Below, in pieces: positions 50,671 to 62,689 of a DNA stretch of 64,000 bases. The stretch lies in NCBI GenBank assembly GCA_010015585.1, contig ML975159.1; one strand, given 5' to 3'. The translations under genes and the position numbers were made by a program. Every line of letters begins with the position of its first letter. Position 1 is the stretch's first letter. Source of the DNA: Eremomyces bilateralis CBS 781.70 (Eukaryota). The notes under the pieces were generated by a model that did no database searches, was not told where the DNA came from, and saw only the letters and a list, made by a program, of their open reading frames with translations.

Positions 50671-51208
50671 TCTCTTCCCGCGACCGGATGCCATGGTATT
50701 AACGTTTACATTATAGTATATTAGGAGCATTGAATTTTGATTGTTTTGGGATGGTGCACTGCGGATGGCCTATAGTCTACCGACTGTATTGAGCCTGTTG
50801 AAGCTGGCCGTGGCGCTTGGCAGGCATGCGTTGAGCTCCCATTGACTTTACATTTAGTTGAATGAACATGAAGAGACTCTTGTCTTTCAAGCTCGGCGGA
50901 TGGAATTTGATGCTCGACATACGGACAGCGTTGCGTGGGGTTGGAATTGCATGATCCTTTGACTGGAGAGAGTGGCGTTCGGGGTACGGATTTAGTACAT
51001 TAGCTAGTTTGAAGACTACAGTAGGCTGAAGCATTGAAATAAACTTGTCAGCATATGATAGTCTATCTGCTGAGAAAAGACCTTACGTGTTCCATGCCTC
51101 CATTTGTCAAGTCGTGGCCACGAAACTCTGATCAGGGCTGGAACGATTCGAGAACTCCATGTCCCTGTGTATACCCGCCTGCCAAGCAACCCAAACCCAA
51201 CCAGCAAC

Positions 51209-54200
51209 TTATTCCTCGTCGTCTTCAATTCCCCCCGCCGGACTACCGTCGTCCATCGGAACATCCGAAGTAGCCCCAGTGACGCCGTTCCTAGCTGCAG
51301 GTTCTTCCTCCTCGCCTTCCTCGTCCTCATCGTCGATCACCCGGGTGGCTTTCTTCCGCGGGTTTCTCGAACTTTCACCAACTGCTTCATCCCCAGACTC
51401 CCCTCCCATCGCCACATCCTCCTCGTCGTCGATAGGCTGGCTTGCCTTCTCCGCTCCGTCCTGCTCGTCCTTCTCGTCCTCCAAGTCTTCATCATCGCTA
51501 TCAACGACCAGTTCAGCAGACTTGTACTGCTTCTGGTTCGCGCTTCTCCGCTCCAGTCGTCGCTTCTTCGCTCTCCGCGGCTGCTCGTCGTCTGATAGAC
51601 CGGGCGTCCCAGAGACGCTCTTCTTCGATCGTCGTCTCCGACCGCCGTCTGAATCCTCGCCATCAGTTTCGGAGTCTTCGCCCTTCTTCTTCCGCTTACC
51701 ACCAACGGCCTTCTTCTTGGTTCGTTTCTTCTTCCCCCCCGTGTCTTCATCAAAGGTCATCTCCTCCTCCTCACGTTTCCGATCCTCCTCGGCGCGCTTC
51801 AGCGCCAGCTCGCGATCTTGTTCGATCATCCGCTGCCGCTCCTCGGCAATCCGACGCCGTTGCTCCTCGGCCGCCTCGTCGATTTTGCGTTTCGCTTCCT
51901 CGCGTTTCTGGATTTCGGCCTCGCGGATTTCTCGGGCGGCTTGGAGCTTGGCTTTGTTCTTCTCCTCGTACTCCTCCTGGCTTTGAAGGGCGCGGTCCAT
52001 TTGCTTTCGCATCGTGCCACGACCCATGGTAATACGTTGCTCAATTTCTTCGCGCGGGTAAGGGGGGTTGGGAGCCTTTGCGATGCTTGCGAACGCTTCA
52101 ATCGCTTCTTCTAGGCCGGCAGACGCCATTTGGACGTCTTCTAACGATCGCTCATGCTCCTTCAGGCTATGGATGAGATAGGCAATTTGAATCTGCACGA
52201 ATGCGACGTTGAAGCGGAAGTGGAGTTGTTCGGGTTGGATTTCCAAGACCTATGCCATCATTAGCGACATGAACGGGAGACTCGGTTTAGAGGACTAACC
52301 CGCTTCGAATAGTCCAATGCAGTAGTCATAGCTTGGATACTCTTGTCATGCTTGCCTTTCATGAGCCAAACCCGGCCCAGGCAGGATAGAATTGTCGGAT
52401 CTTTTGCACGATCTTTAGAAAGAGCGGCATCATACTACACATCACTTGGGTCAGCAGCAATCCCAAACCCCCTTCACAATCAACTTACATTTTCAATCGC
52501 GCGGGAATACTGCTTCAGCTCACAAAATGCGTGGCCCAGATTGATGAAGACGCTGGCATCCTTCATCGTCTCTCGCACTTTCGTGAAGATCTGCACTGCC
52601 GTGGCAAAGTCCTTCTTGTCTTCCACCATGGCGATCGCGATGCCTTGTGCGGCGTATGAATTGCGTGGATCCAACTGGAGTGCCTTGTCGAAGAACTCGA
52701 TGGCCCGCTCGTACATCTTGTGTCGCTTCTCCTTCTCAACATCCGTCTCCCGGCGCATTTCTCGCGCAATGGTGAGGTAAATGTTGCCCATTCCGGTTAA
52801 CGCATATCGGTCATGTTTGTCGAATTGCTGCAAGGTGTGTTTGTAGTGCCGTTGTTCCTGGTCCTCAGCAACATTCATGGTTCGTTTCTTAGACCGACTG
52901 AGGTACCATCCATAGAGAGATCGGACTTCGAGATTGTTTGGAGCTGAATGATAGAGTTCCGAGATCTTGGAAGGGCCTTCGTCTGCGGGGCTTTGCAGCA
53001 GAGAGAGGTATGTAAGGCGGACTTTGGCATCGATGTAGTCCTCATGCCGTTCTAATAACCCCTCATAAACCTTCTTCGCTTCATCAGGCATTCCTTCTGC
53101 CTCGTATGTGCGGGCAAGGTTGAAGCTAATTGTCGTGACGAGTGCATCCGTATCGACAGCAGCATCCTTGTCGCTCGTCTTCACGCAAGCGTTGAGTGCC
53201 GCCTGAAAGAAGTCTCGAGCCAGAGAATTCTTATCTGATTGATAATGGAAGCAGCCAATGTTGTTCAGAAGCTGAGGTGGAAGAAGCTCCCGCAATACGG
53301 ACTTGCGTTCAGTTTCGTCCTCGATATCTTGCGGTCGCTCCTCTTCTGGGATCGCATCCAGTTGCATCTGCTCGACCTGCTGGAGACATTGCAAGCTCTT
53401 CTCGGGATGGTCTGTCTCATAGAGCCTTGAAAGGTTCAGAAGCACCGAAATATCTGGTGACATCTTTCGTTTCGGATCCTTCCATGCGATTCTAACTTTC
53501 TCAAGAAGATGGATGGCCTTCTTGCGGGTGCTGGAAATTTCATCTTCCGACAACGACGACCGAGTCGAGAAGACGTCTTCTGCCAATAAGGCTCCATACA
53601 AAGTCAGAGCTTCCAGGGAGTTTGTGCTTGCAATGAGTTTCTCCAGGCGGAATTTTGCATCGTCGAAATCATTGAGCATGACTTTCATCTGCGCGATTCC
53701 GAACTTCGCAGCCAGAAGGCCCCTATCTTCCCCGCCTCTTGCGGAATCGGCCTTTGCATAGTACTCACTGGCCTTCTCGACATTGTCGGAGTAATGCTCT
53801 TTCCTTGCAAGCAGATACCACCCATCGCTCGCGATCGCATTGACATCCGTCAGCTCGATTGCGCGCCTTGCCAATCGCTCGACTTGTGTCATGGCTTTTC
53901 GCATCAAGAAATAGCCTCCGAACGTGGAACACATCAACGGGAGCTTTTCGTCTAGCTTGAACGCCTTCTGCGTATACTGCGTCATTGCCTTCTTGTAGAT
54001 CGTCACGAATTGCGGGTCATTCGTCGGAAACTGCGTGCTCGAGTGGAGGTGGTAGATGCCAAGGAGGATGTTCGCGTACTTCGAATTCGGATTCAGTTCC
54101 AGTGCTCGATCCCAAGCATCTTTCGCTTCGTCCTTATGGCCAAGCTGCCAGAGACAGCAACCGATGCCAATTCGAGGGTCAGGGTCAAGCAAGTCCGGTT

Positions 54201-54984
54201 TCAGCTCCAGGACTCGTTGATATCCTTGAAAGGCTTCTGCGAATTTTCCTAGAGAATACGACACTCTTGCCCTGCCTACGATTGCCATGGAATTCCTCCC
54301 GCCGGACGCTCTGACCGCGTCGTCGAAGCATTTCAAGGCTTGCCGGAGGGTCTCACCGCGCTCGGTATTGTCTATTGTGGCGTTCCCTCGTGCCGGAGGA
54401 TATAGAGATGCGCGCAAAAGTGAAAGCACTCCACGCGCAAGGAATAGTGGAGTGTAGGAAGGGCTGATCCTTGAGGCATCGTTGAGAACAGAGGTCGCTG
54501 CTTGGATGTAGAAGTCTTTCGTCTTGACGTCTGGGCTCTCTAAGCTGCTGTTAGCTACAATCAGATCTTATAGCTGCGGATACCAACCTGGTTGAACACG
54601 AGGAGCCTCTCTGCACTTGAATAGATACATCCAACACAGGCAGTTCAACAGGCTCAGCTTCTCCTCCTGTGGGATATGCGCCAGCACGCTCAAACCTTGC
54701 GTAAGGATCGAAATCGCATGGTCCACCTTGCCTTGTTTCGCGTAGGCCAGCGAAGTCGTCATCCAATATCCTTTCGCGACCTTTTCGATTTCGAGCAAGT
54801 TGCATAGCTCCGTTGGGTCGTCGAACAACTCAACGAGATCGACTTCGACAGCTTCATCCGCATCGCCTTCTAGGACGGGAACGTCGATCTGGGGTGGAAT
54901 GTCTGAGAATCGAGAGAAAGCACCCGCGGCATGGTGATCTCCATTGACGCCATTTGCGGTTCCGTTCTGGGAGAAGGCCGACAT
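51209..54984 (-). CDS. CTR9: PAF1 complex TPR scaffold subunit
   Basis: TPR array, PDPRIGIG, HYKHTLQQFDKHDRYAL, ALQLDPRNSYAAQGIAI, HFRFNVAFVQ, acidic/basic tail with YKSAELVVDSDDE. Introns near 54586, 52488 and 52299. Confidence 0.95.
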
Positions 54985-55412
54985 GGTTCAAAAGTTCGCA
55001 AGGGAGGTGTATATGTGCGCGTGTACCAGTCAAGACGGATGAGGGAGGTTAGGAGTGACAGTTCATGGTCCTGCAATGGAAATGTAACAACTTTCCCCGA
55101 TTCTCTCTAGCGACGAGAAACCAACATTAATGAAAGAAAAGAAGAGAAGTTGTTGCATGGAGTGAAGGGACCTTCTTCACAACGGAGCGTCTCGTGAATC
55201 GGTGAATGTGAATCTCAGATGGCGTTGCGCGTTTGGTCGCTACAGGCCGCTGGGAAGATAAACTTCATCAAATCCCTCCAACGAATATTCTGATATCTGA
55301 TATTCTTTTTCGTTTTGCTCCACCTGAGAAGGACAGCTCATTCGAATATTCAAGGATCTGTTTCTAGTTAGGCGATCACACTTCTAGAGACAGCTGTCCT
55401 TATTTGACCAAG

Positions 55413-56876
55413 ATGTCGAATGCACTATTCTCCGTTCCTGGCTGGAATCTTTCCACGTCATTGAAGACGGAGATTCCGGACCCTCGCACTGCCAAGGGGA
55501 AGAAATCCAAGAAAGGATCGAAGGGAGGTGCTGCTGAAGGTCCTCCTCAGCCGGCCAAACCTCCGAAGTTGACTAGCAGTAATAATGTACCTGTTGGACA
55601 ATCGAAAAAACGAAAGCAGGATGGGGAGGCTGCAGATGTTGAGGAACCGCAGAAAAGAGCAAGGACCGATCCTTCCGAAGGCGATGTGATTGATGAGACT
55701 GGGACCACTCCTAAAGGGCAGAAAACCTCGTCCAAGGCGAAGAAGAACCTTCAAAATAAACCTCAGCATGACCAATCCAACCAAGCCGCCGCCAAACCCA
55801 AGGCTCCAACAACGAAACCAGCCAACACAAAGGCGAAGGAGCCCGCTTCCAAGCTCACCCCTCTCCAATCCAAGATGCGCGCCAAACTCACCTCCGCGCG
55901 CTTCCGCCACCTCAACGAAGCGCTCTACACCACCCCCTCCTCGGACTCCTTCTCCCTCTTCGGCAAGAGCCCTGAAATGTTCGCTGACTACCACGCCGGC
56001 TTTGCCCAGCAGGTCGGCAGCTGGCCGGAGAACCCCGTCGACGGATACGTCCGCGACATCACCGCTCGCGGGAGCGTCACCGAGGTCAAGAAGGGCGACC
56101 ACGGCGACGAGTCCGCTCCGTCTGTCCTCCCGCTCCCACGCGATCGGCGCACTGGACGATGCCGGATCGTCGATCTGGGGGCGGGAACGGCGCCGTTGGC
56201 GCGGGCGCTGCGGCCGAAGATGAAGAAGCTGGGGCTGAAGGTTAGTAGCTACGATCTGGGGTCAGACTCGGACATGGTGACGAAGGCGGACATTTCGAAC
56301 CTGCCGCTGCGCGAGGGGGAGGTGGATGTGGCGATCTTCTGTCTTGCGCTGATGGGGACGAACTGGCTGGACTTCATCGAGGAGGCGTATCGCGTCCTGC
56401 GGTGGAAGGGGGAGTTGTGGGTGGCGGAGGTGAAGAGTCGGTTTTCGCGGCCGGGGAAAGGTGGTGCGGGCCATACGAAAACGACGAAGATTGGGACGCG
56501 CAAGAAGGGGGTGAAGGAGGAGGAGGACGAGCTGCCGCAGGGATCTTTTATTGTCGATGAGGTGGATGGCGATGGAGATCCCATTGAAAAGACGGACGTC
56601 CAGGCTTTCATCGATGCCTTGGGCAGACGGGGCTTCGTGCTGAAGCAAGACAAGGGGGCGGATCTGAGCAACAGGATGTTCGTCAAAATGTGGTTCGTCA
56701 AAGCGGCTCCAGCGCAGGTGGGAAAGAACGTGAGGGAGGTTGAAAAGACGCAGATGGAGCAGCCGGAGAGATTTGCGAGAGGGCAGAAGAGACCTCAAGG
56801 CAAATTCATCGATAAGCCGATCGCGGCTGAGGATGAGGCGAAGATTCTAAAGCCGTGTGTATACAAGCTGAGATAA
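55413..56876 (+). CDS. RRP8: 25S rRNA (adenine-N1)-methyltransferase
   Basis: LFSVPGW N-terminus, LTPLQSKMRAKLTSARFRHLNEALYT, YHAGFAQQVGSWPENPVD, DLGAG SAM motif, FCLALMGTNW, C-terminal LKPCVYKLR. Confidence 0.96.
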   Translation: MSNALFSVPGWNLSTSLKTEIPDPRTAKGKKSKKGSKGGAAEGPPQPAKPPKLTSSNNVPVGQSKKRKQDGEAADVEEPQKRARTDPSEGDVIDETGTTPKGQKTSSKAKKNLQNKPQHDQSNQAAAKPKAPTTKPANTKAKEPASKLTPLQSKMRAKLTSARFRHLNEALYTTPSSDSFSLFGKSPEMFADYHAGFAQQVGSWPENPVDGYVRDITARGSVTEVKKGDHGDESAPSVLPLPRDRRTGRCRIVDLGAGTAPLARALRPKMKKLGLKVSSYDLGSDSDMVTKADISNLPLREGEVDVAIFCLALMGTNWLDFIEEAYRVLRWKGELWVAEVKSRFSRPGKGGAGHTKTTKIGTRKKGVKEEEDELPQGSFIVDEVDGDGDPIEKTDVQAFIDALGRRGFVLKQDKGADLSNRMFVKMWFVKAAPAQVGKNVREVEKTQMEQPERFARGQKRPQGKFIDKPIAAEDEAKILKPCVYKLR

Positions 56877-57132
56877 AGTATCATCCAAATCCAGTTCAAT
56901 TTAACGCATATCAACTTCCATAAGCCTCACGGCTTCATCCTGTAAATTGAACAGCTAATCTCGAATGACCGACCCGGATATTCTACCAACCCCTTTTGTG
57001 ATTATGGTACAGATACCCAAGACCCCGATCGGATCCCTAATAGAACCTCGAAGGCGTGAAATCCATTCCCCGGATTTAAATCCCAACTCCCTCATCCCGA
57101 AATTGCACCCCTCCCAACTCCCATCATCCCCC

Positions 57133-58057
57133 TCACCCATGGCCCACCCGTGGCCGCTTCCTCCCCGACTTCAGCCCCACATGCATCCCCACCTCCGCCA
57201 GCCGATGCTTCTCCTTCTGATCCAGTACCAAGCTCAGCACATCGAACCGGAACTGCGGATGTTCCAGACACATCCGCCGGAACTCCTCCTCCGCCGCGTG
57301 CCGCAGCACCACGTGGCCCAGTACGCCGCCACGGGCTTCCTTGTCGTCTAGCCCTCCCCCCTCGTCTCGCTGTACACGTACCGCGCGTACGCGACCCCCC
57401 CATCGCCGTGCTGTCCGTCGTGTGGATCTTGGTGTGCGCCAGCGACTTGGGCTTCGGGAGGGCGAACTTCTCCGCGGGCGTGTAGAGCCGCGCGTGCCGG
57501 AGAGAGATGCCGGTGGGGTCTGGGCGGGACTCTCGGGTCGTCTTCGACAGCGAAGGACCTTGGAGGCCAGGTGGAGCCGGTGGGGGAAGTGTTCGCCGTT
57601 GTAGAGGTATTCGAGAAACGCGCTTATGGCGTCGAGGTCTTCGTCTGGGAGCTCGATGCGACGCTAGGGGGGTTAGTTGGGTGGGGATCGCGAGGACGGT
57701 GGGAACTTACCTCGCCTCCAGCGAAGGCGTTGCAGATATTCGCGAAGTATGACGACTACACCAGAAGCCCCTGATGCACGTACAGCGTGCTCTCCGCGTC
57801 TCCGCTGCCAATGACGAGGTTGACGATCGGCGCTTTAAGGTAGGTGTGAAGCGCGGTCACCGGCCGTCCCGGATGCGTAAAGCAGTCCAGCCGCCTTACT
57901 CTAGGAACGCAATCAGCGGCTTCATTCCCGGCTCGATCTCCGCCAGCGCCACGGTGCTGGCGACTTTGCCCTCCGCATCCTCCGCCATGTCGACGTACTC
58001 GGTGACGATCTCGTCCGCGCCGGTCTCGACTTGGATTTCGGGGTTGCGGGCGGACAT
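57133..58057 (-). pseudogene. BTB/POZ-domain protein, disrupted (not in ORF track)
   Basis: MSARNPEIQVETGADEIVTEYVD..FL / YLKAPIVNLVIGSG..LYVHQGLLV*SSYF..C..F / RRIELPDEDLDAISAFLEYLYNGEHFP / LRHARLYTPAEKFAL..LAHTKIH / AYARYVY..*..RKPVAAYWA / VLRHAAEEEFRRMCLEHPQFRFDVLSLVLDQKEK. Two in-frame TAGs, several frameshifts, and intron-1 acceptor reads CAC instead of CAG. Confidence 0.85.
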
Positions 58058-59033
58058 GGTGGTGTGAGCGAGTGACTAGGAACCAAAAGAACAGGTTAAA
58101 TCACATGGATAAATGAGTGAGGTAGAATTGACATTGTTATGGAGTGGAATCGGCTGGTCAAATGGCTTGGAAGAACATCGCTGAAAAGCTCCGGAGGGGT
58201 TGGAGTTGAGCTTCTGACGCTTCGGCGGACGAGGATCGCCAGGAACGCAGTTTGTGCGCAGGGATCAGATCAAACAATCCAGGAACGGCTTGGCGCCAAG
58301 CCATGCGTCCGTCTAATCCCTATGTTCACGTGATATACCTACCAAGATCATATGGAAGCGCCCTGTCATCAAATGATGGATGGTCTGCAGATTGCAATTC
58401 ATTGAACCCCAAGCGAATCGAAGAACAGCGAGCACTTGGCCGCTTGAGCATCAATTATTCCATTACATGCTTCGTTAACCTACCGAACGGCTGTTCCCGG
58501 ATTGGTAACCTATTCCCGCTAATATTACAGTGCCGAAGCGTATCCCACCACGCGTCCCGAAAGACCTAATCCCGATCCATCCTCGTCTGGTATGAAGGTA
58601 TTCTGCCCATGGGGGCATCTGATACGCTCCGGATCGCGTCCAAGGTACCGTGCGGACTCCTGATTCCTGCCGTGGCACGATACCGGAGTAACGAAGCGGC
58701 GGCGAGGAAAGGAAGGGAGTATATTGATATGTTGCGCGATAATGTTGTTCAAGAAACCGGCTCCGTCGCTGTACCTCGTACCAGACAGTTGTATGGTTAA
58801 CCGTAAAACATGATCTGTGAATGTAGTGTTCGCCGTGTTCCAGGGGTCGTAGCGTAGTCCACCGGTCGAAGAACCAGACATGTCGATGTCCTATGCCTCG
58901 ATGCTTGCATAAGCTTGATTGCTCTGTTCGTGAATGTCGTGTATGCGAACACTGAGTCGCGGCCGTCCGTCCACATGTTCGAGTTGACTCCGGCATCATA
59001 CGGTAGACACGCCATTCTCTGCTTCCGGATGGT

Positions 59034-60908
59034 TCAGATCTCCACCACCTCCAAGTCTCCTCCTTTCTTCGTATCCTTTGCCTCCTCTTTCACCGCACCG
59101 CCACTCGCGTTCTCCCCCTTCCCCTCAACTTCACTCGCCGGCTTCAAATCCAGCCCAAGCCCAACTGTCACTGGTCCCTCAACGCCATCATCTTCCGTGC
59201 CCTTCTCCTCCGTCGTGACCCCATTCTCAGTGCCAGTGATCCGCTCTCCGGCCACCAACTCTCCACTCGCCCTCGGCGTATCCACACTGATCAACTTCTC
59301 TTTCCCGATCGACCCCCCATCCGTCATCACCCTCACCGGCGCCGGCAAATTCGCCTCCTCCGCCACCCTCGCCAACGGACTCGAGATCGCCCCGCGCCCC
59401 GCTCCCCCGGCCGCGTTCTTCCCAGCGTTTTTCCCGCCATTCTTCCCCGGGAACCGACTCGGGCTCCGTCCGCGATCGCCGAACCCGCTTCCCTCTGGCG
59501 CCCGTCCCGTCGGCGACGAGTAGGGCGACGCGTTCCCTCGCGGTGCCGCCGGCGCGTTCGGATTAATCCGCAATCCGGGACCCCCTGGCCCCGGTTTCTT
59601 TCCTGGCGGACCGGTTGGGCGCCGACGGGCGCCGTAGCGCATCTCGGCGCGCCACCGCAGGATGTCGATGAACGGCGGGTCGACGGCGGAATTGTTCGGA
59701 CGGCGCTTGAACTCGCGGAGGCGGAGCTGGCCGGCTGCGAAGTCGGAGCCGCCGAGGGCGCCGCCGGAGCCGAATTCCTCGTCGTCCTGCATGATCTCGG
59801 CTTTGCCGGCGTCGAAGTCGTCGGCGACGGAGGCGAGGAAGGTGGACCAGGAGCGGGAGACGAGGATTTTGGTGTCGAAGTCGCGGCCGAAGAGGATGAC
59901 TTGGCCATATTTGCCGGCGGGGCCGGGGGCGAGGTCGATGGCGATGCAGTTGCCGCCCCAGTCGCGCGCGAGGGGGATCCAGTGGGGGGAGGTGTAGGCG
60001 GATTGGATGGCGTGGGCAGGAAGGGAGTGCTGGCGGGCGAGGAGGGCGCTGCGCCAGTTGGTGGGTGGGGAGGTGGGTCGCGCGGACGCGGTGGGGCTCG
60101 ATGCGGCGGAGGAAGGTCCCGCCGCGGAGGAAGCGGCGCCGCCGAACGCGCGGGCAGGTGCGGAGGGGGCCGGAGGGGGAGAGCGGAGGGCGGCGCTGGA
60201 GAAAAATTCTGCGCCGACGCGCTGCCAGTTGGTCCATTCTTCGACGATCTCTTCGCAGTCGAGGAGCATGCAGCCGAAGAGGAGGCCGGAGGGCAATCCA
60301 CCCCGTTCTTGGCCGTCGTGGACCATGAGCGATTCGCGGACTTCGAGGGGGAGCGTGCAATCGAGCATGTGTTCGAGTTCGTTGATATCGTTCTGCGTGC
60401 ATGGATCGGACAGATTATCGGAGAGTTCCACGTAGTTGTCCTCGCACCAGCGATCGATCCGTTTCCAGCTATGGGATACCGGCGGTGGTGGAGGGTGGCC
60501 GTCTGAGAAGCTCTGCATCTGAATCGAGCCAGGGGGCGCTCGGTCGGAATTACTATTCCGTTCGTCGGCACCAGCTAAATTGCCCGACATTGACCTCATT
60601 CCCGGCTTGTATGGTGATCCTGGAGACATGGCTCGGTCCTCGGGATATGAAGAAAGATCGGAGTGCGACTCCATTGCGGTCGCAACGGACGTGAGAGGAG
60701 CGTGACGCGAGGAGTTGAGAGGAACATGCTGTCCTGATCGATAAGGAGAATCATGGGAGGCATGTCGGTCGTATGAGGTCATGGTATGCCAGAAGGACTG
60801 CCATGCTGATGTGAAGCTGCGATCCCGTGGGAGTCAGTCTTGGTTGATCTTCCAACCCACGCGAAATATGGGTAGAAACAGAAGCGACATCACTTACGGA
60901 GATGCCAT
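59034..60908 (-). CDS. SMI1: Cell wall assembly / glucan synthesis regulator, SMI1/KNR4 family
   Basis: MASP/FTSAWQSFWHTMTSYDRHAS via intron 60897-60817; SWKRIDRW, LPLEVRESLMVHDGQERGG, WIPLARDWGGNCIAIDLAPGPAGKYGQVILFGRDFD. Confidence 0.94.
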
Positions 60909-62689
60909 GACCGGCACAGATGTGGATTTGGCGGACAGATGGAGTGATGTTCAAATTCCTCCTTAGATGGCGGAGGAGGTACAGAATGTAGGATAGGAGG
61001 TGAGGGAGTGAGGGAGAAACGACTCAGTCGGGGGAAGTGAACAACGGTGGTGAAAGAGGAGGAACGAGCGACGGAGAAATGGCTTTCAAGAGCGATTCCA
61101 AGCATCCATCAATCAATCCACACTTCCACAGCAATGGGATTATCAGGAGAAACGAGAGTGAAGACTGACGAGGTGCAGTCCCGAAGAAGAGGAAGTTGGT
61201 TATTGGAGCCCCTGCAAAGAGTCTTTACGGAGAGTCTTTACACCTTAACTAATTCCCTAGTTAGTGTTATTAACTAGTGTCATTCTGGGTGATTGGGCCT
61301 AAGCCTCGTTTGGCCATTAAGCGTTGCATCGTGGGCCCTGAGCACCGCCGGACTGCAGCCACCCGTGTAGAGCTAGACGCCATTCTGTCATTTGACATTG
61401 CACATTTCTGTGATTTGTGCTGCCCGATGACGATGATAGGACTTCCAACTTGCATACAGATTCCAGAGGATGAATGGTTGGGTTGGTCTGGTTCGGGAGG
61501 GGAGCGACATGTGGGCGTGAGGCGCAATGAATACCACCGCCCCCTTCAGGGTCTCCTCCACCGTACGCATACACCCTTCACGATCTGATGGATCATGGAC
61601 GGTACTCACCCTCAAAGAATCCAAGCATCAAACACCCTCAGATGGATTTCGTATGTTAATTGATGACTTGATGACGCCGTGTACGACTTGCGAGCATAAC
61701 CACACGTGTGACTTCCACCATCAACCACCCAGTTGGCCCCCTCCCTCCATTGCGGCTCCAACCCATTACCCAGCCGAGCAACAATCACCACCCCCCAATC
61801 GACAGCGCAGTCAAATTACTCCATCGCATCTCAATCACCATGGAAATTGTCTAATTAGCCCCCTCGAACCCTCGAACCCTCGCACCCCTGAAAGGAACCT
61901 ATCATCACGCAGAGAGTTCATCGGTTTCAGCTTGCGTCGTCCACGCGACATCATTGGCCGTGGTCCCATTCATCGCTGATCGTTCCTCCACTTTTTAGAC
62001 GGGTTTCATCCCCGACCCCTGGTTTTTTCTCGGCGTCGTCGAGCGGCCACGCTGAACCGGGTCCAGATGTCATGATGCTGTTCGGTTCGTGCTGGGCGGG
62101 TTGGGTTTCTCCGTTCCGTGGATGCATGCGTTGACGTCGTTGGCGCAAGGGACGGGGGCAAATGCTTGGTGTCGACGACTTGAAGACCGAAGTCCATTGT
62201 TTGTGTCAGCGGGCATGACATAATTACCGGTAGGATTCGGTAGGGCATCGTGAGTGCTCCTCAGTATGCAGCTTCACCTTCTTTTAGTTGTAGACCGTCG
62301 CTAGATGAGGCTCAAGAAACGGTGGCGTCACACTCCCTTGAGGCTCCGACTGTCCTGTAATTACCATCGCATGTTGCAGGCACAGGAGCCACTGAGTGGC
62401 TCGAGGAATGTTGCACAAATCATGGACTGGTGAATGAAAGGGGATGATGTTGCACGTCACCAACTCGTCGCCACGGACCTTTGTGAATTTGGGATTTCTT
62501 GGAAGGCTGGAGCATCGCTTCGGAGGGGAATAGACATAATAGGTATTGTATAGGAAGGTAGAATATTATTATTATTGCATAGCTTGGACGTCTATGTTCG
62601 GTTGTTACTAGGGTACCAAGTCAACATGATATCAAATCGTGCGTCGTGTCATATATCATCACTATCATACAACATCACTCCAACCGCTC

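Noticed and set aside
58475..59015. Minus-strand ORFs of 72-174 aa just downstream of SMI1
   Set aside because: Overlapping frames with no motifs; most likely SMI1 3' UTR or intergenic sequence.
59333..60571. 412 aa and 279 aa alternate-frame ORFs within SMI1
   Set aside because: Low-complexity Pro/Arg/Ser translations from GC-rich sequence that lacks stops.
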